Notes: generated by a model from the letters alone, not told the origin. A DNA stretch of 64,000 nucleotides from Bacillota bacterium (GCA_018818595.1 JAHIRM010000049.1:1-64000), one strand, 5' to 3'; shown: positions 1-10,579, numbered from the stretch's first letter. Translations and numbers: made by a program.

Positions 1-148
1 GGCACCTAGAAGTGCAAGGAGATGAAGCAGATTCTTCTGGTTACATCTTGACTTAATTATAACACTAGGACTTCAAACTTATAAATAATTAATATGTAGA
101 TAGGTAAAACCTAAAACTACACTACATATTATACGAGGAGAATATGAT

Positions 149-499
149 ATGAAAATTGCTATTGCAAGTGGAAATGGAATGGTTTCAATTCATTTCGGGC
201 ATTGTGAAGAATTTGAAATTTATGAAGTAGAAGACAACAAGATAATAAATAAAGAAATGGTTAAAAATCCAGAACATCGACCAGGATTTTTACCAGGGTT
301 TTTACAGTCGTTTGGAGTCAATGTAGTTATTTCCGGTGGTCTTGGCGGTGGAGCAGTAGCTCTTTTTAAACAAAATAATATTAAAGTAATTACAGGAGCA
401 AAAGGAAACACTCAAGACGTTATGAATGATTATCTTCAAGGAAATCTTCAATCTACTGAATCAGTTTGTCATGAACATCAACATCATGGCAATTGTTAA
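149..499 (+). CDS. NifX/NifB-like dinitrogenase FeMo-cofactor-binding domain protein with His/Cys-rich C-terminal tail
   Basis: 116-aa ORF; small alpha/beta protein with Gly-rich GGLGGG region typical of the NifX/NafY family; C-terminal CHEHQHHGNC metal-binding-like tail; followed by a hairpin terminator. Confidence 0.45.
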   Translation: MKIAIASGNGMVSIHFGHCEEFEIYEVEDNKIINKEMVKNPEHRPGFLPGFLQSFGVNVVISGGLGGGAVALFKQNNIKVITGAKGNTQDVMNDYLQGNLQSTESVCHEHQHHGNC

Positions 500-525
500 A
501 CCATTTTAAAATGAATCAAAAGATT

Positions 526-562
526 AAACTGCAATTTCGTTCTAAATATTGCAGTTTTTTTT
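526..562 (+). terminator. Rho-independent terminator after the NifX-like gene
   Basis: aaactgcaat / attgcagttt 10-bp stem followed by a T8 run. Confidence 0.6.
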
Positions 563-920
563 ATGGTTAGATGATATTTATATCACAATCAAATTTATAA
601 AACCATATTAAAATTTTTTATGATTTATATTGCGAAATAATAATAAACTAACATTTACTATTTTATTTTATAATATATCGTTAATTTTAAACGAATGTAA
701 TAAAATTTGTAAGCGTTTTCAAGATATTTTCATCGAAAAATCTTGAAAAGAAGGTTGACAAAAATGTCATTTGTGATAAACTATATTAGATATTTTGAAG
801 TTCAAAATATTTGAATAACAAAGCATTTGGAGGTGGTCAATCAATTAATAATAATGATTTAAATATGCTCGATTTTTTATGTGTATAAACAAAAAGAGAA
901 TTAGATACGGAGGAAACATA

Positions 921-1145
921 ATGTTAGAGAAATTAATAGATTTAATTGCCAATGAATTAAGTGTATCAAAAGCAAACATAACACCTGAAACGAATATTTT
1001 AGATGATTTAGGTGCAGACTCTCTTGATGCAGTAGAATTGATAATGAGTATTGAAGATAGTTTTGAAGTTTCTATTCCTGAAGAGATTGCTTCGAACATT
1101 AAAACAGTTCGTGACATTATGAACTTTTTAGAAAAAAATATCTAA
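921..1145 (+). CDS. acpP: acyl carrier protein
   Basis: DLGADSLD phosphopantetheine-attachment motif; 74 aa from the ATG at 921, which has a GGAGGA RBS 7 nt upstream (the ORF-track start at 879 is an upstream extension). Confidence 0.85.
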   Translation: MLEKLIDLIANELSVSKANITPETNILDDLGADSLDAVELIMSIEDSFEVSIPEEIASNIKTVRDIMNFLEKNI

Positions 1146-1159
1146 ATGCACCTAAAATA

Positions 1160-1187
1160 TAGACGATGCACTCGTCTATTTTTTTTA
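1160..1187 (+). terminator. Hairpin terminator/attenuator between acpP and accB
   Basis: tagacga-tgcac-tcgtcta stem-loop followed by T8. Confidence 0.55.
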
Positions 1188-1228
1188 ATAATAAATACAC
1201 ATAAATCCAAAATTTAAAGGAGGATATT

Positions 1229-1660
1229 GTGAACTATAAAGACGTACTAATAATTATAAAAGATTTTGAACAATCCACACTTTCTTCATTAGAATTAGAG
1301 ATGAATGAAATAAAAATAAAAATGACCAAACCTGTTCGAGGAAGTTCTTCAGAGGAACCTATTTCATTGCAATCACAGCCAGTTTCACTTCAATCTAAAG
1401 AACCATTTAAATCAAATGGACATGCAGTAAAATCTCCACTTGTAGGAACTTATTATTCTTCCTCTAATCCAAACTTTGATCCATTTGTGCAAGTAGGGGA
1501 TCAAGTAAAAAGAGGAGATACTTTGTGTATAATAGAAGCAATGAAAATAATGAATGAAATTACAGCACCTGTTAGTGGTAAAATTCTTGCAATTCATGCA
1601 AAAAACGGTGATACCATTGGATTTGAACAAGTACTGATAACAATTGAAGATGCAAAATAA
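1229..1660 (+). CDS. accB: acetyl-CoA carboxylase biotin carboxyl carrier protein
   Basis: EAMKIMNEI biotinyl-lysine motif, Pro/Ser-rich linker, GTG start with AAGGAGGA RBS. Confidence 0.85.
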   Translation: MNYKDVLIIIKDFEQSTLSSLELEMNEIKIKMTKPVRGSSSEEPISLQSQPVSLQSKEPFKSNGHAVKSPLVGTYYSSSNPNFDPFVQVGDQVKRGDTLCIIEAMKIMNEITAPVSGKILAIHAKNGDTIGFEQVLITIEDAK

Positions 1661-3005
1661 AGTATTAATTGCTAACAGAGGTGAAATTGCACTACGAATT
1701 ATTAGAGCTTGTAAAGAACTTGGCATTCACACGGTAGCTGTTTATTCAACAGCTGATAAAGATAGTTTACAAGTTAAATTTGCAGATGAAGCTATCTGTA
1801 TTGGAAGTGAACAAAGTTCCGATTCTTATCTTCAAATGAATCGGATTATCAGTGCTGCCATATCTTCTGGATGTAACGCAATTCATCCTGGATACGGTTT
1901 TTTGTCTGAGAATGATAAGTTTGCTTCGATTGTAGAAGAATGCAATTTAATTTTCATTGGGCCATCAAGTCAAGTGATAGCAAATTTAGGAAATAAAGCA
2001 ATGGCAAGAAAAATCGCAAAACAAAATCACATTCCAATTATTGAAGGATCTGATGGAGCAATTGATTCTGCCGAAGAAGGAATGAAATTAGCAGGATCGA
2101 TAGGCTATCCAGTTATCTTAAAAGCGTTAAATGGTGGTGGTGGAAGAGGAATGAGTATCATTTGGAATGATACAGAATTTCCTAAACTATTTCAACAAAC
2201 CGTGATGGAAGCAAAAGCTAATTTTGGTGATTCTTTAGTATACCTTGAAAAATACATTGAAAACGCAAGACACATAGAAATTCAAATTATTGCCGATAAA
2301 TTTGGCAATGTAGTTCACCTTGGCGAAAGAGATTGTTCCATGCAAAGAAGAAATCAAAAAGTTATTGAAGAATCTCCTTCTCCTATAATGACCCCTCTTT
2401 TAAGAAGAAATATGGGACTATGTGCTGTTCATTTAGCAAAAGCTGTTAAATACGAAAATGCTGGAACGGTTGAATTTATCGTCGATAAAGAAGGAAAGTA
2501 TTTTTTCATGGAAATGAATACAAGAATTCAAGTTGAACACCCAGTTACAGAAATGGAGACTGGAGTTGACCTTGTAAAAGAACAACTTAGAATTGCTTTT
2601 GATAACCCATTATCGATAAAACAAAGAGATGTTCATCTTAAAGGACATACGATTGAATGTCGAATTAATGCTGAAGATACGTTTAACAATTTTCGACCAT
2701 CTCCTGGACTCATCAAAAATATTGTTTTTCCAGGTGGAAATGGAGTTCGTTTAGATACTCATATTTATAACGGATATGTCGTACCTTCATACTATGATTC
2801 GATGCTTGCAAAACTTATTGTTCATGCAGATACAAGAAAAGAAGCAATAAGGAAAATGCGAGTTGCACTCGAGCAATTTATCATTGATGGAATTATCACC
2901 AATATTGATTTTTTATATGTATTAATGCATAATCCGGAATTTGTAAAAGGAAACTACAATACTAGTTTTATTCAAAAATTGATTAAGGAGGTCACAAATG
3001 GATGA
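1644..3005 (+). CDS. accC: acetyl-CoA carboxylase biotin carboxylase subunit
   Basis: 453 aa; ATP-grasp biotin carboxylase motifs (NRGEIA, GGGGRGM, EMNTRIQVEHPVTE). Confidence 0.9.
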   Translation: MKMQNKVLIANRGEIALRIIRACKELGIHTVAVYSTADKDSLQVKFADEAICIGSEQSSDSYLQMNRIISAAISSGCNAIHPGYGFLSENDKFASIVEECNLIFIGPSSQVIANLGNKAMARKIAKQNHIPIIEGSDGAIDSAEEGMKLAGSIGYPVILKALNGGGGRGMSIIWNDTEFPKLFQQTVMEAKANFGDSLVYLEKYIENARHIEIQIIADKFGNVVHLGERDCSMQRRNQKVIEESPSPIMTPLLRRNMGLCAVHLAKAVKYENAGTVEFIVDKEGKYFFMEMNTRIQVEHPVTEMETGVDLVKEQLRIAFDNPLSIKQRDVHLKGHTIECRINAEDTFNNFRPSPGLIKNIVFPGGNGVRLDTHIYNGYVVPSYYDSMLAKLIVHADTRKEAIRKMRVALEQFIIDGIITNIDFLYVLMHNPEFVKGNYNTSFIQKLIKEVTNG

Positions 3006-3882
3006 TTTTTTTGATATTCATAAACAAAAAGTTGAAATGTTTAATCAAAATTTTCGTAAACGAACAAAAAAACCAACGAAAATTAACATTCCGGAACATT
3101 TATTTGTGAAGTGTCCTCATTGTCAAGAACTGGTTTACAGTGATGATTTAGATAAAAACCAATATATCTGTCCAAAGTGTCAACAATACTTTGTAATTGG
3201 AGCAAGAAAAAGAATTGAATTGATTTGTGATGAAAATTCATTTCAAGAAATGGATGAATTACTTAAAACAATGAATCCACTTGATTTTCCAGGATATCTT
3301 GAAAAAATAGCTTCATACCAAGAAGTATCTCTAGAAACAGATGCTTTTGTTTCAGGAATTGCTTTGATAGATAATATGATTGTAGCAATTGGAGCACTAG
3401 ACAGTCGATTTATGATGGGAAGTATGGGAAGCGTTGTTGGTGAAAAAGTTACACGTTTAATTGAACACGCTACTAAATTTAAACTGCCTGTACTCATTTT
3501 TTCTGCTTCAGGTGGAGCAAGAATGCAAGAAGGAATTTTTTCTTTAATGCAAATGGTTAAAACAAGTGCTGCTTTAAGATATCATCATCTAGCTGGATTG
3601 CTTTATATTAGCGTATTAACACATCCTACAACAGGTGGAGTAGCAGCTAGTTTTGCATCTTTAGGGGATATTAATATTGCTGAAGAAAATGCATTAATTG
3701 GATTTGCAGGGCAAAGAGTAATCAAACAGACTATACGTCAAGAATTACCTTTAGGATTTCAAACGGCCAATTTTCAGTTAGAACATGGTATGGTTGATTT
3801 GGTATTGTCTCGTTTTGAAATGAAGCCAATTATTACAAAAATTCTTCATTTGCACAATTATGGTGAATACAATGGAGAATAA
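2998..3882 (+). CDS. accD: acetyl-CoA carboxylase carboxyltransferase beta subunit
   Basis: N-terminal C4 zinc ribbon (CPHCQ...CPKCQ) plus carboxyltransferase domain. Confidence 0.9.
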   Translation: MDDFFDIHKQKVEMFNQNFRKRTKKPTKINIPEHLFVKCPHCQELVYSDDLDKNQYICPKCQQYFVIGARKRIELICDENSFQEMDELLKTMNPLDFPGYLEKIASYQEVSLETDAFVSGIALIDNMIVAIGALDSRFMMGSMGSVVGEKVTRLIEHATKFKLPVLIFSASGGARMQEGIFSLMQMVKTSAALRYHHLAGLLYISVLTHPTTGGVAASFASLGDINIAEENALIGFAGQRVIKQTIRQELPLGFQTANFQLEHGMVDLVLSRFEMKPIITKILHLHNYGEYNGE

Positions 3883-4684
3883 TAGTCGAAATGCCTGGGA
3901 TAGAGTTCAATTAGCTCGTCACCCAAAAAGGCCTACAGCTCTTAAATTAATTAAATGCTTGTTTCCTGATTTCATTGAACTCAAAGGAGATAGATTATAC
4001 AAAGACGATTTTGCAATCGTTGCAGGAATTTCAACGTTTTATGGAAATCCGATAACGATTATTGCAGAAGAAAAAGGAATTTCAACGGAAGATAAAATCA
4101 AACGTAATTTTGGAATGCCTCATCCTGAGGGATATCACAAATCCATGCGGCTTGTAAGACAAGCTGAAAAATTTAATCGTCCTATTTTATTTATTATCGA
4201 TACTCCGGGAGCTTATCCTGGAATTGGTGCGGAAGAAAGGGGTCAAGCAGTAGCTATTGCTAATTCTTTATCAGAATTAATGACCATAAAAGTTCCAATT
4301 ATTTCCCTTGTGTTAAGTGAAGGAGGAAGTGGAGGAGCTTTAGCCATTGGTGTTGCGGATAAAGTCTTTATGTTTGAAAATGCGACTTATTCTATCTTGT
4401 CACCTGAAGGATTTGCTTCTATTCTTTTTAAAGATGTCTCAAAAGCACAAGAAGCAGCCGAAGATATGCGCTTAACAGCTCCGGATTTGTTAAAATTTGG
4501 TGTGATTGATCTCATTATTCCTGAATCAAGTAAAGGACTTCATGAGGAATCGGAATCTTCTTTTACTTTTTTGAAAGAATTATTAAAAAAAGAGTTTGAG
4601 GATTTGCAATCCAAAACAGTTAAATCAAGGTTAAATGAACGATATAAAAAATATAGAAAATTCGGTCTATATTCGGAAGAATAA
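3860..4684 (+). CDS. accA: acetyl-CoA carboxylase carboxyltransferase alpha subunit
   Basis: Conserved AccA core (ARHPKRP, IDTPGAYPG, GGSGGALA); overlaps the accD end. Confidence 0.9.
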   Translation: MVNTMENNSRNAWDRVQLARHPKRPTALKLIKCLFPDFIELKGDRLYKDDFAIVAGISTFYGNPITIIAEEKGISTEDKIKRNFGMPHPEGYHKSMRLVRQAEKFNRPILFIIDTPGAYPGIGAEERGQAVAIANSLSELMTIKVPIISLVLSEGGSGGALAIGVADKVFMFENATYSILSPEGFASILFKDVSKAQEAAEDMRLTAPDLLKFGVIDLIIPESSKGLHEESESSFTFLKELLKKEFEDLQSKTVKSRLNERYKKYRKFGLYSEE

Positions 4685-4768
4685 ACAAATAATTTGAATT
4701 TATAGTTGTCCTAATAGAGGTTTAGATCAACGATACATTCTTCAAATCTAATTTAAGGGGAATCAACT

Positions 4769-5707
4769 ATGTCTAATTATCCAAATATCAAAGTCATATC
4801 CACGGGACATTATGTCCCAGAAAAAATACTATCAAATCATGATTTAGAGCAAATTGTAAGTACAACAAATGAATGGATTGTTTCCAGAACTGGAATAAAA
4901 AATCGTCGAATTGCTGAAGGTGAAAATACATCTGATTTAGCAGTTAAAGCTGCAAAAGACGCTATTTTATCATCTAATTATGACACTTCAAAAATAGATT
5001 TAATCATTGTAGCTACCTTTACACCAGATTATAAATCACCAAGTGTTGCCAGTTTAGTTCAAGCAAAACTTGGATTAAACAACCAAGAAATAACGGCTTT
5101 TGATTTAAATGCAGCTTGTACTGGTTTTATTTATGCTTTAAATGTTGCATCAAGAATGCTTGAAAGCAAAGCTTTTAAATCCGCTCTTGTAATTGGAGCT
5201 GAAGTGATAAGTAAAGTAACGGATTATACTGACAGAAATACATGTGTGTTGTTTGGAGATGGAGCTGGTGCAGTTTTATTAGAATTAACAAATGAATACA
5301 AACCAGCAATGTTTTATACCGCTTCAAAAGGAGATTTAGATAAAATATTGTATGTAGATGAATTTGTACATATGGATGGTCAAAAAGTGTATCAATTCGC
5401 ATCAAAAGCCATCGAAAAAAGCATTTTAAAACTGCTTGAATTTGATAAATCATCTTTTGATAAAATTGATACAATTATCCCACATCAGGCAAATCTCAGA
5501 ATCATTCAAAGTGCTTCAAAATCGCTTAAAATTCCTATGGAAAATTTCTTTTTAAACATTGAATTATACGGAAACACCTCAGCAGCTAGTTGTGCAATCG
5601 CACTGGATGAATACGTTAAATCTTCTGTGGATACAGAAAATCAAGCTGTTCTCTTGGTCGCATTTGGGGCAGGACTTACTTGGGGTGGAGCTAGACTTAC
5701 ACTTTAG
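4769..5707 (+). CDS. fabH: 3-oxoacyl-ACP synthase III
   Basis: KAS III fold; active-site Cys in the NAACTGF context; HQAN and GNTSAAS motifs. Confidence 0.9.
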   Translation: MSNYPNIKVISTGHYVPEKILSNHDLEQIVSTTNEWIVSRTGIKNRRIAEGENTSDLAVKAAKDAILSSNYDTSKIDLIIVATFTPDYKSPSVASLVQAKLGLNNQEITAFDLNAACTGFIYALNVASRMLESKAFKSALVIGAEVISKVTDYTDRNTCVLFGDGAGAVLLELTNEYKPAMFYTASKGDLDKILYVDEFVHMDGQKVYQFASKAIEKSILKLLEFDKSSFDKIDTIIPHQANLRIIQSASKSLKIPMENFFLNIELYGNTSAASCAIALDEYVKSSVDTENQAVLLVAFGAGLTWGGARLTL

Positions 5708-5715
5708 GAGGAATT

Positions 5716-6648
5716 ATGAAAAACATTTCTGAATTGCTACAAATTAAATATCCAATTATACAAGGTGGAATGGCAAATATTGCCAATCACGTTTTAGCTT
5801 CAGCGGTTTCAAATGCTGGAGGATTAGGATTAATTGCTTCAGGTGGAGATGATGCTGAAACCATTAGAGAAAAAATACGCTTGTGTAAACAATTAACAAA
5901 CAAACCCTTTGGAGTGAATGTAATGTTAATGAATCCACACGTTAAGGAAATTGCTAAAATGGTTATTGAAGAAAATATAAAAATCGTTACAACTGGCGCT
6001 GGAAACCCAGGTGTATATATGCAAGCTTGGAAAGAAGCTGGGATGATTGTGATACCTGTTGTTCCAAGCGTAGCATTAGCAGTTCGAATGGAAAGAGCAG
6101 GAGCAGATGCAGTGATTGCTGAAGGAACAGAATCTGGAGGTCACATTGGAGAACTGACGACTATGGCACTTGTTCCTCAAATAGTTGACGCTGTTTCCAT
6201 TCCGGTTATTGCAGCAGGAGGAGTCGCAGATTACAGACAAGTATTAGCCGTTTTTGCACTTGGAGCGAAAGGCATTCAAGCTGGAACCATATTTTTAGCT
6301 TCAACGGAATGCCCCATTCATGACAATTACAAACAGATGATCTTAAAGGCAAGAGATATAGATACCATTGTTACAGGAAGACAAACTGGAGCACCTGTAA
6401 GAGTTTTAAAGAACCCGATGGCTCGTGAGTATATTCAACTTGCACAAAAAGGTGTTTCTTTAGAAGAATTAGAAAAATTAACATTAGGTTCTTTACGAAG
6501 AGCTGTGATTCAAGGAGACATTGATACCGGTTCTTTTATGGCAGGACAGATTGCCGGAATGATTAAATCAATTAAGCCTGTAAAAGAGATCATAGAATCT
6601 TTATTTGAGCCAGTTGAAGCTTATAAAAATCAACTTCAAATTTTATGA
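5716..6648 (+). CDS. fabK: enoyl-ACP reductase II (FMN-dependent, nitronate monooxygenase family)
   Basis: NMO/FabK TIM-barrel motifs (IIQGGMA, GAGNPG, AEGTESGGH); sits between fabH and fabD. Confidence 0.8.
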   Translation: MKNISELLQIKYPIIQGGMANIANHVLASAVSNAGGLGLIASGGDDAETIREKIRLCKQLTNKPFGVNVMLMNPHVKEIAKMVIEENIKIVTTGAGNPGVYMQAWKEAGMIVIPVVPSVALAVRMERAGADAVIAEGTESGGHIGELTTMALVPQIVDAVSIPVIAAGGVADYRQVLAVFALGAKGIQAGTIFLASTECPIHDNYKQMILKARDIDTIVTGRQTGAPVRVLKNPMAREYIQLAQKGVSLEELEKLTLGSLRRAVIQGDIDTGSFMAGQIAGMIKSIKPVKEIIESLFEPVEAYKNQLQIL

Positions 6649-7574
6649 AAAAAGTAGCAGTCTTATTTCCAGGTCAAGGGGCGCAATTTTTAGGCATGGG
6701 AAAAGAGTTCTATGAAACTGAAGAAGTAGCAAAAAACATTTTTGATTTATCAAGTAAGGAACTAAACTATTCCGTTTCTAACTTGTGTTTTCAAGAAGAA
6801 AACAAGCTAAATCAAACTCTTTTTACTCAACCTTCAATTGTTGCGACATCTATTGCAATCTATGAATCTTTTCGAGCAATCACTAAAATAATGCCTGACT
6901 ATGTACTTGGATTTAGTTTAGGAGAGTATAGTGCACTTTATGCAAGTGGTGTATTTGATGTACAATCAACAATCTCCTTGGTTAACAAAAGAGCTATATG
7001 GATGGATGAACAAAGCAAAGTAATTCCAGGTGGAATGATTGCAATCATTGGAGCAAATAAAGATGAAGTAAATCAGCTTTGCCAAAAGGTTTCTACAAGT
7101 CAGAATCATGTAAGCATTGCAAACTATAATTCTCCTTCTCAAATAGTGGTTTCAGGAGATGAACAAAGTCTTAAAAAGTTACAAATTGAACTACAATCCA
7201 TTCAAACAAAACGGATTTTAAGGCTTAATGTAAGTGGAGCTTTTCATACATCATTTATGAAAGAACCAGCAAAACGAATACAAAATGAAGTGATTAATAG
7301 CACATGGAAAGCGCCAAATATACCGATTATAATGAATTGCGATGCAAAAGAATTAGAGTCCTCTACCTTGCCTTTGAAATTAAAACAACAAATTGAAGGC
7401 CCTATCTATTTTGAAGATTCAATTAGATATTTAATGAAGCAAGGTGTAGACCTTTTTATAGAAATTGGACCAGGGCAAGTCTTGTCAGGACTTATAAAAA
7501 AAATAGACTTATCTTTAAAAACAATTTCAATTTCAGTGCCAAATGATATTAAAAAATGGGAGGAATTTCAATGA
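6645..7574 (+). CDS. fabD: malonyl-CoA:ACP transacylase
   Basis: FPGQGAQ and GFSLGEYSA active-site serine motifs. Confidence 0.85.
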   Translation: MKKVAVLFPGQGAQFLGMGKEFYETEEVAKNIFDLSSKELNYSVSNLCFQEENKLNQTLFTQPSIVATSIAIYESFRAITKIMPDYVLGFSLGEYSALYASGVFDVQSTISLVNKRAIWMDEQSKVIPGGMIAIIGANKDEVNQLCQKVSTSQNHVSIANYNSPSQIVVSGDEQSLKKLQIELQSIQTKRILRLNVSGAFHTSFMKEPAKRIQNEVINSTWKAPNIPIIMNCDAKELESSTLPLKLKQQIEGPIYFEDSIRYLMKQGVDLFIEIGPGQVLSGLIKKIDLSLKTISISVPNDIKKWEEFQ

Positions 7575-8317
7575 ATCTATCTGGGAAAACAGCTTTAATA
7601 ACTGGTGGAGCAAATGGAATTGGAGAAGCAATCACTTATAAATTATCTTCTCTGGGTGCAACGGTAATTATAAACTATAATACTTCTGCCATTAAAGCCA
7701 CAAATATTGTTAAAGAGTTAATTCTTCTTGGGAGAAATGCAAAAGCAATTCAGTGCAATATTTCTAAACATGATGATGCTTTACATTTAATAGAAGAAAT
7801 TATCGATGAATTTGGAAAAATCGATATTGTTGTTAATAATGCAGGAATTACAAAAGATAATTTAATTATTCGAATGAATGAAATTGATTTTGATGATGTG
7901 ATTGAAACCAATCTGAAAGGGACTTGGAATGTTTCAAAACATGCAGCTCGTTTTATGAGCAAAGCTAGAAGTGGAAAAATAATTAATATTTCTTCAGTTG
8001 TTGGAATTACTGGCAATGCAGGACAAACGAATTACGCTGCTTCAAAAGCTGGAATTATTGGACTAACAAAATCTCTGGCACGAGAACTTGGAAAAAGAGG
8101 AGTAACTTGTAATGCAGTAGCTCCTGGTTTCATTGAAACAAAAATGACTGAAAATTTTCCATTAGAATTTAAAGAGAAGTTTATTGAAAATATTCCACTT
8201 GGACGTTTGGGAACAAGCGAAGACGTAGCAAACGTTGTAGCATTTCTTGCATCAGATGAAGCAAATTATATTACAGGTCAAGTCATCCATGTTGATGGCG
8301 GACTTGTTATGTATTAA
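7571..8317 (+). CDS. fabG: 3-oxoacyl-ACP reductase
   Basis: SDR family: TGGANGIG, NNAG, YAASKAG; ATG at 7571 preceded by a GGGAGGA RBS (the ORF-track start at 7556 lies inside the RBS). Confidence 0.9.
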   Translation: MNLSGKTALITGGANGIGEAITYKLSSLGATVIINYNTSAIKATNIVKELILLGRNAKAIQCNISKHDDALHLIEEIIDEFGKIDIVVNNAGITKDNLIIRMNEIDFDDVIETNLKGTWNVSKHAARFMSKARSGKIINISSVVGITGNAGQTNYAASKAGIIGLTKSLARELGKRGVTCNAVAPGFIETKMTENFPLEFKEKFIENIPLGRLGTSEDVANVVAFLASDEANYITGQVIHVDGGLVMY

Positions 8318-8329
8318 AAAGGAGCTAAT

Positions 8330-9586
8330 ATGAAAAGAAGAGTAGTTATAACTGGACTTGGTGCTATTACGCCCATAGGAAATGATGTAAATTCCATGTG
8401 GGAATCGGCAAAAAATGGAATAAATGGAATTGATCATATTACACTTTTTGACGTATCAAACCAAAAAGTAAAAGTAGCTGGTGAAGTTAAAAACTTTAAT
8501 CCCGAAGATCATCTTGAGCCAAAAGAAGCAAGAAGAATGGACCGAACAATGGTTTTTGGATTAGTTGCTGCAACAGAAGCATTTGAGCATTCAAATCTAA
8601 AAAAAGAGGACATCGATTCCGATCGATTTGGAGTATTTGTTTCTTCGGGAATTGGCGGATTATGGACAATTAACGAAGAAGCACGAAAAGCTCATGAAAA
8701 AGGTGTTGATCGCATTTCTCCCTTTTTTATTCCTAACGCAATTATAAACTTAGTTGGTGGTCGTATTGCGATTAAATATCAAGCAAAAGGTCCTGTATTA
8801 CCAATAGTAACTGCATGTTCTTCTGCAACAAATTCAATAGGTGAGGCTTTTCGTTATATAAGAGATGGATACATCGAACTTGCTTTTGCAGGTGGTGCAG
8901 AAGCTCCCATCAATGAATTAGGAGTTGGCGGTTTTGCTAGTATGAAGGCTTTGAATTTTACTTCAAATAAAGATGAGGCATCTATTCCTTTTGATAAACG
9001 TCGTTCAGGATTTGTTATTGCTGAAGGGGCAGGAGTTATTATCTTAGAAGAACTAGAACACGCGCTTAAAAGAAAAGCCACCATTTTCGCTGAAATGGTC
9101 GGATATGGAACTACTTGTGATGCATTTCACATAACAGCTCCAGATGAAACGGCATATGGAATAACAAAATGTATGGAAAATGCATTGTTAGATGGTAATG
9201 TTGATCCAACATGGATTGACTATATCAATCCTCATGGAACGTCTACTTTTTATAATGATAAAATCGAAACATTGGGAATCAAAAATGTGTTTAAAAAACA
9301 CGCTTATGAAATTAACATAGGTGCCACAAAATCCATGCATGGTCATTCTCTTGGAGCTGTTGGCGGGATTGAAGCTATCATTTCGATAAAAGCTCTCATG
9401 GAAAATATTATTCCACCAACCATTAATTACGTTGAAAAAGACCCGGAGTGTGATTTAAACTATACACCAAATGTTGCAGTGAAACGCATCGTTAAATATG
9501 CTTTAAGCAATAGTTTAGGGTTTGGTGGACAAAATGCAACCATCATATTTAAAAAATGGGAGGATTCAAATCATGTTGACAAGTAA
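8330..9586 (+). CDS. fabF: 3-oxoacyl-ACP synthase II
   Basis: KAS II; active-site Cys (VTACSS) and the His-His pair. Confidence 0.9.
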   Translation: MKRRVVITGLGAITPIGNDVNSMWESAKNGINGIDHITLFDVSNQKVKVAGEVKNFNPEDHLEPKEARRMDRTMVFGLVAATEAFEHSNLKKEDIDSDRFGVFVSSGIGGLWTINEEARKAHEKGVDRISPFFIPNAIINLVGGRIAIKYQAKGPVLPIVTACSSATNSIGEAFRYIRDGYIELAFAGGAEAPINELGVGGFASMKALNFTSNKDEASIPFDKRRSGFVIAEGAGVIILEELEHALKRKATIFAEMVGYGTTCDAFHITAPDETAYGITKCMENALLDGNVDPTWIDYINPHGTSTFYNDKIETLGIKNVFKKHAYEINIGATKSMHGHSLGAVGGIEAIISIKALMENIIPPTINYVEKDPECDLNYTPNVAVKRIVKYALSNSLGFGGQNATIIFKKWEDSNHVDK

Positions 9587-9998
9587 TCAAATTCAAGAAA
9601 TTATTCCTCATCGTTTTCCTTTTCTTATGGTCGATCGAATCATAGAATTGTTTCCAGGAGTATCAGCAATTGGAGAAAAAAACGTAAGCGCAAATGAACT
9701 TCACTTTTTAGGACATTTTCCAAGTGAACATATTATGCCTGGGGTTTTAATCATTGAAGCATTAGCCCAAGTAGGAGCAGTAACTCTATTATCAGTTCCA
9801 GAATATAAGGATCAAATTGTTTATCTTGCGGGATTAAAACAAGTTAAATTTAGAAGAAAAGTCATTCCTGGAGATATTTTAAAGTTATCTGTTGCAATTT
9901 CACGTTTTAAAAACAAGTTTGGAATTGGTAAAGGAATCGCAACGGTAAACGATGAAATCGCCTGCGAAGCAGAGTTTTCTTTTGCTCTTGCCAAATGA
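9573..9998 (+). CDS. fabZ: 3-hydroxyacyl-ACP dehydratase
   Basis: Hot-dog fold with HFPGHFP motif; ATG at 9573 preceded by a GGGAGGA RBS. Confidence 0.85.
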   Translation: MLTSNQIQEIIPHRFPFLMVDRIIELFPGVSAIGEKNVSANELHFLGHFPSEHIMPGVLIIEALAQVGAVTLLSVPEYKDQIVYLAGLKQVKFRRKVIPGDILKLSVAISRFKNKFGIGKGIATVNDEIACEAEFSFALAK

Positions 9999-10525
9999 AA
10001 CTTAAAGAATTTCATCCAACGATTCTTCGCTTTGAATCGATTTCTTCAACAAACACTTATTTAAAAGAAAATTATAAAGATTTAAATAATCATACAATCG
10101 TTTTGGCAGATTTTCAAACTGACGGAAAAGGTCAATTTGAACACACTTGGATTTCGGAACCTTTTCAGAATTTATTGTGTTCTATTTTACTTAAAGATGA
10201 TATTTCATCAGAAGTTTGTAATCAAGTAATTGTTGATACGATTTTGAATACACTTTCTCATTTTGGAATTAAAGCTTGGTATAAAGCGCCAAACGATATT
10301 TTTGTAAATTCAAATAAAATTGCTGGTGTTTTAATTGAAACAAAATACGTTGATACTTATAGAGAATATATTATTATAGGGGTTGGATTCAATATCAATC
10401 AAACTACATTTCCTGCTTTTAATGCAACGTCTTTAGCGTTAGAATTAAATAGTAAGGTAGATGTTCAAAAAGTATTTACCATTTTCATAGATTCTTTTAA
10501 AATTGAACTGATTAAACACATTTAA
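9995..10525 (+). CDS. birA: short biotin--[acetyl-CoA-carboxylase] ligase-like protein (BPL catalytic domain only)
   Basis: KIAGVLIE BPL motif; 176 aa with no HTH and no C-terminal domain; last gene of the acc/fab operon. Confidence 0.6.
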   Translation: MKLKEFHPTILRFESISSTNTYLKENYKDLNNHTIVLADFQTDGKGQFEHTWISEPFQNLLCSILLKDDISSEVCNQVIVDTILNTLSHFGIKAWYKAPNDIFVNSNKIAGVLIETKYVDTYREYIIIGVGFNINQTTFPAFNATSLALELNSKVDVQKVFTIFIDSFKIELIKHI

Positions 10526-10550
10526 ACGATTTGATTTATTTTGAATCTTA

Positions 10551-10579
10551 TTGACAAGATGATTTATTAGTAATATAAT
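10551..10579 (+). promoter_or_regulatory. sigma-A type promoter, TTGACA-17-TATAAT
   Basis: Consensus -35 at 10551-10556 and -10 at 10574-10579, with a 17-nt spacer. Confidence 0.6.

Noticed and set aside
220-411. Many short minus-strand ORFs nested in annotated genes (for example 220-411, 1412-1726, 3243-3497, 5175-5474, 25573-25998, 61795-62236)
   Set aside because: They lie fully inside strongly supported + strand CDSs, have no RBS and no recognisable motifs. They are typical AT-rich antisense ORF noise.
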